Assembly (NCBI GenBank): GCA_913061515.1
Contig: CAJXSF010000010.1
Location: forward strand, 5,808-69,807
DNA length: 64,000 nucleotides
Reading direction: 5' to 3'
DNA from: an uncultured Gammaproteobacteria bacterium
GTDB taxonomy: Bacteria; Pseudomonadota; Gammaproteobacteria; Pseudomonadales; Pseudohongiellaceae
Shown in pieces: positions 27,195 through 34,722 of the stretch. The translations under genes were made by a program, and so were the position numbers. The notes beneath the pieces were generated by a model that worked only from the letters and a program-made list of their open reading frames with translations, searched no databases and was not told the origin of the DNA. Positions within the stretch are counted from its first letter, which is position 1; every line of letters begins with the position of its first letter.

Positions 27195-28502
27195 ATGCGC
27201 TGGTCAATCCTCACTTTTAGTTTCTTGCTCCCCTTATCTGCGCACGCGTGCCCCGATCTGCAATCGTTTTATCAATATGATGACGACGTGGAGTCACAAA
27301 TTGAGTTGGAGTCTGCTTTAGCTCCCTTGATGAGTGAGTGTTTGCGCAGCCCTGAATTTTTTGCGCTTTACGGCGCGGCTTTAATGGAGACGGGCAAGCT
27401 CTCAGTTGCGCTGGAGATGCTCGAACGCGCCTTATTGCTTGACGCTAACAATGGCTCTGCGCTGATCGACTATGCGCAAGCGCTATACTTGCGCGGACAA
27501 TTGTTCTCGGCACTCGATCTCAATCAGCAACTCAGCCAGCGCCAAGATCTGCCTGCCAATATCGCAACTCTAGTCGCAGAGCGCGAAGAGCGCTGGCGCC
27601 GTGATACTCGTGCTTATGGGGTGCAGCTAGATGTGCTGGCCGGTTTTGACAACAACCTCAACGGGGCGCCAGACCCAAATCAAATTACCCTTACGCTTTC
27701 AGGCGAGCCAGTCATATTGACACTCAACCCAGAGTTTCAGGCGATTAGCGGGCCCTATCTAAACCTACGATTGGGCGGGCAATTTCAACAGCTGGCTTCT
27801 GACCACCAACACAATGTAACGGGGGAGATAAGAAGCCGAATCAGTGAAGACGCCGCTTCGGACCTCATTCAGGCCTCTGCCCATTACAATTACTTGTTAC
27901 CTAAACGGGACAATGCTTGGCAGTTTGGTGGAGGGATGAGCCATCTATTCTTCGGTGGCAACCCGCTTTACACCGCCGTGGATAGCAATGTTCGCTATCA
28001 AAAAATAACTTCCAGGAGTTGTACCCGCCGGTATGAGTTGGCTGGGCAATATCAGCTGTACAACGATCAAAGCCGTTTGAACTCGATCGAGAGCAAGCTT
28101 AGTGCAGGCTTGGATTGCCCAGTGCAGGCTTTGGGCTTGCCTACCTTGTTGGGCGGCGAGTTGGCCATAGTCCATAGCGCAGCCCTCAAAGATGGCCGCC
28201 CTGGTGGGGACCGCTTGGGCTGGCAATTCAATCTTGCTTGGCAGTTTCCGCTTTTAGGCGGCATGTTGACTAGCCAGCTTAGCCATACAGAATTGGACGA
28301 CCAAAAGGGCTATAGCGCCTTGCTAGATGACGGCGCACAACGCTGGGTAAAACGTAGCTTCGCGCTGCTGCAATACAGGCAAATGCTGCAGCCTAACTTG
28401 GCGTTTATGTTCAATATTTATCATCAAAACCAGCATAGCAATATCGAACTTTTTGACAGCGTCGACAGCACCCTCGAACTTGGCATAAGCGCTAGCTTTT
28501 AA
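27195..28502 (+). CDS. Outer-membrane protein: N-terminal TPR-like region + C-terminal beta-barrel (DUF560/Slam-like architecture)
   Basis: Signal peptide (LLPLSAHA), TPR-like helices (ALYGAALMETGKLSVALEMLERALLLDANNGSALIDYAQALY), then an amphipathic strand pattern with a terminal Phe (...LGISASF). The family assignment is by eye only. Confidence 0.45.
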   Translation: MRWSILTFSFLLPLSAHACPDLQSFYQYDDDVESQIELESALAPLMSECLRSPEFFALYGAALMETGKLSVALEMLERALLLDANNGSALIDYAQALYLRGQLFSALDLNQQLSQRQDLPANIATLVAEREERWRRDTRAYGVQLDVLAGFDNNLNGAPDPNQITLTLSGEPVILTLNPEFQAISGPYLNLRLGGQFQQLASDHQHNVTGEIRSRISEDAASDLIQASAHYNYLLPKRDNAWQFGGGMSHLFFGGNPLYTAVDSNVRYQKITSRSCTRRYELAGQYQLYNDQSRLNSIESKLSAGLDCPVQALGLPTLLGGELAIVHSAALKDGRPGGDRLGWQFNLAWQFPLLGGMLTSQLSHTELDDQKGYSALLDDGAQRWVKRSFALLQYRQMLQPNLAFMFNIYHQNQHSNIELFDSVDSTLELGISASF

Positions 28503-28674
28503 AAACAAAGTTAATTGTTTAAAAATAGCAGCTTACGGCCGCATCTTAATGAAACAAACAGCTTGTAATTGCTAGGCAGTCCTAGTAGTATCTTCGCCCA
28601 TGTCCGCTTGTGGTCAGGAATCACTATGCCATTTAAGTGGGTTCAACTAGGAATATTCAGCAAGTTTTCGTCTA

Positions 28675-28690
28675 TGTGACTGTAGTCACA
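28675..28690. promoter_or_regulatory. Perfect CRP-type palindrome TGTGA-CTGTAG-TCACA upstream of the S-layer-like gene
   Basis: Read directly. A TATCCT hexamer at 28712-28717 would place the box near -41.5 (class II geometry). The ATG is at 28806. Confidence 0.6.
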
Positions 28691-28805
28691 GGGAAGTGAA
28701 AGCGAACTGCGTATCCTTGGCACAACCGAATGGGGTCATCCGCTGTTGTAGGCGTGTCACAATCGGATAAAACAAATTGGATTAAAATTTTAAGGAGTTC
28801 TAACA

Positions 28806-31562
28806 ATGGCGATTACCGTCGAAGCTCGTACCAATCTCGTAGGCCTCGTAGTAGGTATGTTTGGTGCTGCACCAGGTGCAAGTGTTTTGTCTGACCTAGT
28901 AGCATCTTACGAAGCAGGCGCAACAATCAAGCAAATCGCAGCTAACCTTGCGAACACTACTGAATTCACAGGCATTTTCCCAACTTTCCTTACTAACGAA
29001 GAGTTTGCAACTAAAGTTGTTAATCAACTAGTTGGTAGCGAAGTTGTTCAAGCTGAAAAAGACGCAGCCGTTACTACTCTAGTAGGCATGCTAAACGGTG
29101 GCGCAAGCCGCACAGATGTATTCGTTGACGCAATCGCTGCTGTTGACGCTCTACAATCTACTAACGCTGCATGGGCAAATGCCGGTGCTGCGTTCGATAA
29201 CAAAGTCGAAGTCGCAGTTTACTACTCTGTTGAAAAACAACTAAGTGGTGCATCTTTGCAAGCGCTTCAAAACGTAGTGGCTTCAGTTACTAGCAGCGCA
29301 GCTTCAGTAACTAGTGCGAAAGCATCTGTAGACAACGTACAGAATCCAGGTTCTACGTTCTCATTCACTACCGGTGTGGATGCACTCGTCGGCGCTTCTG
29401 CTGATGACGTGTTCAATGCTACAGTAACTAGTACCTCTGCAACTTTGGGTGCGCTTGACACTGTTGATGGCGGTGCAGGTAACGACACTATGAATGTAGT
29501 GGAGACTGGAGTAGCCGCCAACGCGGATTACGTCCTTCCAACTGGACTTTCAATAAAGAATGTAGAAACTTTGAAAGTTACAACTAATGGCGCCCTAGGC
29601 ACACTGGCTGGTACTAACTTTGACGTGTCTGCTATTGCAGGTTTGACTTCATTTGTAGGCGCTGCTGCTGGTGCAGGTACTGCGACTGGTAGTGAAATAA
29701 AGGCAGCTGGAACTACTGATGTTACTTTAACTGTTGCAGGCGCAAATGCTGCAACTGTTAATGGTGGTAAGGATGTACATGTAAATGCAGGCACTGGTGG
29801 TGTAACTACTATCGCTGGTTTGGCTTCTGGTACTTCTTCTGCTTCTGTTAAAGGTGGTGGTAATGTTGTTGTATCTGGTAATAGCATGAAGAGCCTAACA
29901 TTGGATGCTATCGCTGGTACAACTGCGGGCTTTACTTCTACTGGTGGTGCAACTGTTACTGTTAAAAACCAGACTTCTGCATTGGCCACAACTGTGACTA
30001 ATGCAACATCAACTGCGCTAACTGTTAACGTTGATGGCGTTGGTTATACTGCTGTTGGTGGTACTACACCAGTTGCCGTTTCTGTTGCTGCTGGCTCAGC
30101 TGCTGCAACTATCAACCTAAATGCTACTGGCAATAAGAGCAGTGTTACTGTTTCAGGCGCTGCCGCAAAGACATTGAACATTACTGGTAGTGCTGCACTA
30201 ACATTGGCCAGTCCTCTTGCAACTGCGACTAAAATTGATGGCTCTGCCGCAACAGGCGCTTTGACTCTTGGCGATTTGAACGCTGGTACTCTTACAGTTA
30301 CTACTGGCTCGGGCGATGATTCTCTAGCTGTTCAAGCAACAACGGCAGCTACTGTAACTACTGGAGCTGGTAACGACACAGTGACATTAAAATCTGCTCT
30401 TGCTGCAGCTTCAAAAATCACTCTAGGTGCAGGCAACGACACAGTGTTGTTCGGCACTGGTGGTAGTGTTGCAACTTCAACTTCAACAGTTATTGATGGC
30501 GGAGACGGTGACGACTCTGTATCTGCTAACCTAATCAATGCTGGAAATGCGACTCAGTTTGTAAACTTTGAGAAAGTGAACTTAGATAGCGCTACTGGTC
30601 TTGATCTTGCTTTGTTGACTGGTAACACTATTTCTGGTTTGACTATCAGTGGCGCTGCTGCTGCTAACGCAACTTATCAGAATGTAAAGCTTGCCAACTC
30701 ATTGACTGTTGATTATGTGGGTTTAAACACAAACACAAATACATTGACTTTCTCTGACGCAAGTGGAACTTCTGACACTTACAGCATCACTTTCGCAGGT
30801 GTTGGTGCTTCTACTCCAACTAGTGCAACAGTGGGCGCCGGCACAGTTGCTGCTCAAGGTATTGAGAACTTCAGTATCGTTTCTGGTGGGACAAAAGCCT
30901 GGAACTCCTTGACTCTTGGTACAAACACTGTAGCGAAAACAGTTACCATTACGGGTGACGCTAAACTGGATTTAGCATTTACTGCGTTTGGTACTGCGGG
31001 TGCATCTGGTGTTACTTCAATTGATGGCTCTGCAGCAACTGGTGCCTTGTCTATCAATGCAGCTAACATTGGCAAAGCAACTGCTGGACTCACAATCAAA
31101 GGTGGTTCTGCAGCAGACACGCTAACTGCTAGTACAGTATCTGTTAGTCTAACTGGTGGTGCTGGTGCAGACTCGTTCAATGTTGCAGCTGCTCTTGTTG
31201 GCACTGCTACTCCTGCAGGTTTGGTAACTACTACAATTACTGATGCAACAGCTGGTGATAAGATTATCTTCGCTGACTTAGGTACAGAAGTATTTACTTC
31301 TACTAAGATTAACGTAAGTACAGCAACTGCATTGATTGGCGGTACAACAAATGCCCTAGACTTAGCGGCTGCAGCTGCAGACTCTAGTACAAACGGCCAA
31401 ATCACTTGGTTCCAGTATGCTGGTGACACGTATGTTGTTCAGGAGCTGGGCGCAAATGCAGCTGTAATTGGCACTGACGATGTCGTTGTTAAGTTAACTG
31501 GTCTAATTGATCTGTCTACTGCAACTTACGACGCAACGACTAACGCACTAACTTTGGTGTAA
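28806..31562 (+). CDS. Large Cys-free Ala/Thr/Gly/Val/Ser-rich surface-layer / RTX-like protein, probable T1SS substrate
   Basis: Strong SD AAGGAG and no signal peptide. Sparse GGxGxD-like motifs (GGAGNDTMN, GAGNDTVTL, GAGNDTVLF, GGDGDDSVS, GGAGADSFN), repeated IDGSAATGAL, and an acidic hydrophobic C-terminus (...VVVKLTGLIDLSTATYDATTNALTLV). A T1SS lies nearby. Confidence 0.7.
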   Translation: MAITVEARTNLVGLVVGMFGAAPGASVLSDLVASYEAGATIKQIAANLANTTEFTGIFPTFLTNEEFATKVVNQLVGSEVVQAEKDAAVTTLVGMLNGGASRTDVFVDAIAAVDALQSTNAAWANAGAAFDNKVEVAVYYSVEKQLSGASLQALQNVVASVTSSAASVTSAKASVDNVQNPGSTFSFTTGVDALVGASADDVFNATVTSTSATLGALDTVDGGAGNDTMNVVETGVAANADYVLPTGLSIKNVETLKVTTNGALGTLAGTNFDVSAIAGLTSFVGAAAGAGTATGSEIKAAGTTDVTLTVAGANAATVNGGKDVHVNAGTGGVTTIAGLASGTSSASVKGGGNVVVSGNSMKSLTLDAIAGTTAGFTSTGGATVTVKNQTSALATTVTNATSTALTVNVDGVGYTAVGGTTPVAVSVAAGSAAATINLNATGNKSSVTVSGAAAKTLNITGSAALTLASPLATATKIDGSAATGALTLGDLNAGTLTVTTGSGDDSLAVQATTAATVTTGAGNDTVTLKSALAAASKITLGAGNDTVLFGTGGSVATSTSTVIDGGDGDDSVSANLINAGNATQFVNFEKVNLDSATGLDLALLTGNTISGLTISGAAAANATYQNVKLANSLTVDYVGLNTNTNTLTFSDASGTSDTYSITFAGVGASTPTSATVGAGTVAAQGIENFSIVSGGTKAWNSLTLGTNTVAKTVTITGDAKLDLAFTAFGTAGASGVTSIDGSAATGALSINAANIGKATAGLTIKGGSAADTLTASTVSVSLTGGAGADSFNVAAALVGTATPAGLVTTTITDATAGDKIIFADLGTEVFTSTKINVSTATALIGGTTNALDLAAAAADSSTNGQITWFQYAGDTYVVQELGANAAVIGTDDVVVKLTGLIDLSTATYDATTNALTLV

Positions 31563-31578
31563 TAGTCCTTTACTGAAA

Positions 31579-31600
31579 GCAACTACGTACACGTAGTTGC
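31579..31600 (+). terminator. Perfect inverted repeat GCAACTACGT-AC-ACGTAGTTGC after the S-layer-like gene
   Basis: Read directly. There is no T-tract, so it may be an RNA-stabilising 3' hairpin. Confidence 0.35.
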
Positions 31601-31607
31601 TTGATGT

Positions 31608-31646
31608 AAAAAAACCCCCTATTGCGAAAGTGGTAGGGGGTTTTTT
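31608..31646. terminator. Bidirectional rho-independent terminator (A7 - CCCCCTA...TAGGGGG - T6)
   Basis: 7-bp GC-rich stem flanked by an A-run and a T-run, between convergent genes (S-layer-like + strand, sapC-like - strand). Confidence 0.8.
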
Positions 31647-31685
31647 ATTTTAGAGTTTGCGATTTACTCGTGCTGCATAAAAACA

Positions 31686-32456
31686 CTAAACGCCATCAAA
31701 GTTTATATTACCTTCGTCACCAGAAAGCCCGAACTGTAAGTCTTTGACGCTTGGGGGGTTGCTTTGAGACTTCGCAGCGCTATCGATTAAAACTTCTAAA
31801 TTTTGCATCGAAAGTAACTGGCAATAGATCAAAGGTAAGGCTCCTGCATCGCGCAAGCGGGTTAATTGATTGGAGTCCAGAGAATTAAACTTAACTTCAT
31901 TAATTCGAAAAATGCCCTCTACCAATACATCTTGTTCGCCTTTTTTTACAGTTATAGGCCAACTCTCGTACAAATCTAATTCGTTGAGTAAATTACAAAT
32001 TGAATGCGTAACAACGTGATTCTCAAAAACATGAATTAAAAAATTTAGAATATCGTTAATCGATGGGCTTGGTTCACCTTCGCTATCGAAAAAAGGATGC
32101 CCTTCAGTTGTACTTAAAGAAGCACTTGAGCTATCTACGCACAAAGCTTTTTTATTTTCTTCTAAATGATTCAATGCAAATGGGTAGCCACGATAAGCAG
32201 CCGGAATATACCCTGCTAACCAACTCCCTGTACTATCGACAAAATAATTATTACCCGCTTCTAAACTTTGTAGAGCAAACAATCCAAAACCATTGTTCGA
32301 TCGACTAAATACTATAGGAATATGCAGTGCAGCTTTAGGGACCTCTAGAGTCACCAAAGGACACATAGCTTCATTAGCTGCAAATGCAAAATTATTAGTT
32401 GGATTCCATCGTAAATTCTTATGGAGCTCTTTTGAAACTACTTCATATGTTGACAT
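31686..32456 (-). CDS. SapC-family protein
   Basis: About 256 aa. The N-terminal pattern (VSKELHKNLRWNP..NFAFAANEAMCPLVTLEVPKAALHIPIVF) matches what I recall of the SapC family. The gene is visibly AT-richer than its neighbours. Confidence 0.65.
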   Translation of the reverse strand: MSTYEVVSKELHKNLRWNPTNNFAFAANEAMCPLVTLEVPKAALHIPIVFSRSNNGFGLFALQSLEAGNNYFVDSTGSWLAGYIPAAYRGYPFALNHLEENKKALCVDSSSASLSTTEGHPFFDSEGEPSPSINDILNFLIHVFENHVVTHSICNLLNELDLYESWPITVKKGEQDVLVEGIFRINEVKFNSLDSNQLTRLRDAGALPLIYCQLLSMQNLEVLIDSAAKSQSNPPSVKDLQFGLSGDEGNINFDGV

Positions 32457-32484
32457 AACAATTGCCTGCTAGAGTATTTGAACA

Positions 32485-33009
32485 TTAATGATACCGATAT
32501 TCTGATTCGGGGGGGGGCTTGTTGAAATCACTGTCTACTGGGTATTGTTGCCATACAGTCGAATGCCATTCTGAAATTTTCCACAAAGACCTTAATATTA
32601 AGAGCCATTGAACAAGCTCAGGCGCAGTTAGGTTTAAAAGTGTTTGCTCAGTATGCGATTTTCGAAAACGTAGAGATAAATAACTGACGTTTGCTGTGAT
32701 ATCGACTTCTTCCACTAGCCAGTTCTGAGTATTTGTAATACTTGCTGGTTTTACTTCTGACTCGATGCATTCATCTAGCTTTAAATTTTGGTTCGTAAAA
32801 TTGCCTTTACATAAGCTATTGTGAGTTTCTAGCCAGGTAAAAAGACTTGGTAATAAGCGTAGTAATAATCTTTGAGTAAGGGAAAATGTTACGTAGTCAT
32901 TCTGACTAGTTTCACCTATTATTTCTATTCGGTCTTCTATGTCGTTATATTTAGTCGTAAGCTTGATTAGTTTAGTCATGGTATATATTTCTTCAACATT
33001 CGACTCCAT
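32485..33009 (-). CDS. Hypothetical protein (no recognisable motif), likely co-transcribed with the sapC-like gene
   Basis: 174-aa ORF, AT-rich, 28 nt upstream of the sapC-like start. An alternative start is at 32979 (MTKLIKL). Confidence 0.45.
   Translation of the reverse strand: MESNVEEIYTMTKLIKLTTKYNDIEDRIEIIGETSQNDYVTFSLTQRLLLRLLPSLFTWLETHNSLCKGNFTNQNLKLDECIESEVKPASITNTQNWLVEEVDITANVSYLSLRFRKSHTEQTLLNLTAPELVQWLLILRSLWKISEWHSTVWQQYPVDSDFNKPPPESEYRYH
32509..32517. repeat. G9/C9 homopolymer inside the 3' end of the hypothetical ORF (encodes PPP)
   Basis: Counted directly: ttcGGGGGGGGGctt. Confidence 0.9.
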
Positions 33010-33127
33010 CGTGCAAACTAATAGAGTTTAGAGTCACGATAGGTATGACGCAATGTCTAACCCTATCTTAAGATAAGCAAATAAAACTAAAAAACTATAT
33101 CTGACGACTAAGAAGCGCATTGCAACT

Positions 33128-33859
33128 ATGGACAAAACAAGCACAGGCTATAATACTGAGGTTCTGCACATGATTTTTTTTAAAATAGTAGTAATCCCAA
33201 TTTTAGTCGTAGGCATAGCCAGCGAAAGAGCATTAAGCGCAGTAGAGCTCAATCTCTTCGAGCGTGTAGAGTCAACAAATACCATTAACTCTATTAGTAG
33301 CGACCAAGCCCGCGAACAACGCGCCCTCCCCAACGCCCCAACGTTCACTCTGCTTGGCACCAGCCGCATCGGCGGCAAGCTAAAAGCCAGCCTAGTCGAT
33401 AATAATGGTGAGGTTATTCGGGTGGAGATGGGCGACGAAGCTTCTACCCCAATTCCCGGCCATGTCGGCTATAGATTGGTGCGGGTAGGTTCGCGTGAAG
33501 TGGCAATCAGCTTGCCTGGGAATACGCCGTGCATTGGCTTTGAAGATAAAGGTGTCTCTTGTGGCTCCGATGGCCTAGCGGAATTATCCCTCACTACGGC
33601 GGCTCCTATCATAGTCGCATCTACTGCAGAGCAAACACAGCAGAATAACGACGAAATAGCCGCAGCCAATGCCGAAGAAGAGCCCGACAACCCCTTTGCG
33701 GCGGCGCTTCGGGCAGCGGCACAGAACGAAGCAGCCACTCGCGGGCGCGGTCGGCCGATCAGCGAGCGCTTCGAGGTGCAAAGAATAGCGCCAGAGGATG
33801 TTCCGCCTGGCAAGCGCGTCGTTCGCACGCCGTTTGGTGATAGACTCGTTGATATATAA
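33128..33859 (+). CDS. Bitopic membrane protein with PilP/GspC-HR-like beta domain and Ala/Glu-rich tail
   Basis: TM IFFKIVVIPILVVGIA (a start at 33170 is plausible). Segment FTLLGTSRIGGKLKASLVDNNGEVIRVEMGDEAS..IPGHVGYRLVRVGSREVAISLPG resembles the GspC-HR/PilP fold pattern (by eye). Confidence 0.4.
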   Translation: MDKTSTGYNTEVLHMIFFKIVVIPILVVGIASERALSAVELNLFERVESTNTINSISSDQAREQRALPNAPTFTLLGTSRIGGKLKASLVDNNGEVIRVEMGDEASTPIPGHVGYRLVRVGSREVAISLPGNTPCIGFEDKGVSCGSDGLAELSLTTAAPIIVASTAEQTQQNNDEIAAANAEEEPDNPFAAALRAAAQNEAATRGRGRPISERFEVQRIAPEDVPPGKRVVRTPFGDRLVDI

Positions 33860-33870
33860 TCTGCGGCACT

Positions 33871-34722
33871 GTGACTACTATTAAAACCTCTACTAGCCCC
33901 TCTCTTTCGATCTCAATCGTTATCTATCGCTCAGCGCTAGAGGTGTTGAGTGAAACCCTGTCTACCCTTCTAAGTTCTGTTAGCCATTCGCTAGAGGATG
34001 GCGATCTTAGTTCGGCGCAGATCACCCTCGTGCACAATGCAGTGCCTTGCCCGCAATTGAGTGCATTGATACAAGATTTTACCCAGCGTGCGGCAAAGAA
34101 AGAGGTTCAAGTGCGCCTATTAGAAGGCCATGGCAATATAGGGTATGGGCGCGGCCATAATCTGGCGGTGCTAGCGGCCAGTAGTGATTACCACCTTATA
34201 TTGAACCCAGACGTTAAGCTTGTCGAAGACTCGCTTAGCCAAGGGCTGCGCTTTATGGCGGACCATTCAGAGATCGTGGCACTTAGCCCTGCGGTGGTGG
34301 GCGAAGACGGCAGTAAGCAGTATGTGTGCAAACGCTACCCTTCGGTGCTGGACTTTGTGATTCGCGGGTTCGCCCCTAATTTTGTAAAGGGCTGGTTTAG
34401 CAAGCGCCTTGCCCACTACGAAATGCAGGACTTGCCCGAGCAAGAACCTAGTACCGACATCCCCATCATCAGTGGATGTTTTATGTTGTTTCGAACCCAG
34501 GCGCTGCAGGGCGTAGAGGGCTTCGATGATCGCTACTTCCTCTATTTTGAAGATTTTGACCTATCACTACGTGTGCACTGTAAAGGTGCATTGGCCTATT
34601 TGCCGTCCATGAAGATCGTCCACCTTGGCGGCAATAGCGCTAAAAAAGGTCTGCGGCACATTGGCATGTTCGCGCGCTCTGGCCTGCGCTTCTATAACAC
34701 TCACGGTTGGCGCCTGTTATGA
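33871..34722 (+). CDS. Family 2 glycosyltransferase (rhamnosyltransferase-like)
   Basis: ISIVIYRS..., GHGNIGYGRGHN and GCFMLFRTQAL...FLYFEDFDLSLR are typical GT2. GTG start. Confidence 0.8.
   Translation: MTTIKTSTSPSLSISIVIYRSALEVLSETLSTLLSSVSHSLEDGDLSSAQITLVHNAVPCPQLSALIQDFTQRAAKKEVQVRLLEGHGNIGYGRGHNLAVLAASSDYHLILNPDVKLVEDSLSQGLRFMADHSEIVALSPAVVGEDGSKQYVCKRYPSVLDFVIRGFAPNFVKGWFSKRLAHYEMQDLPEQEPSTDIPIISGCFMLFRTQALQGVEGFDDRYFLYFEDFDLSLRVHCKGALAYLPSMKIVHLGGNSAKKGLRHIGMFARSGLRFYNTHGWRLL

Noticed and set aside
28563-28591. sigma70-like pair TTGTAA-17 bp-TAGTAT about 215 nt upstream of the S-layer-like ATG
   Set aside because: It is plausible but unsupported. It would put the CRP box downstream of the TSS. 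I cannot choose between this and the class II arrangement without TSS data, so it is not listed as a feature.
29267-31429. Long antisense ORFs inside the S-layer-like gene (29267-29521, 29528-29989, 30332-30538, 30854-31429, minus strand)
   Set aside because: They are a compositional artefact. The sense strand uses almost only GCN/ACN/GGN/GTN codons, which leaves the antisense frames free of stops. They have no start context or RBS, and their translations are low-complexity mirrors of the sense protein.
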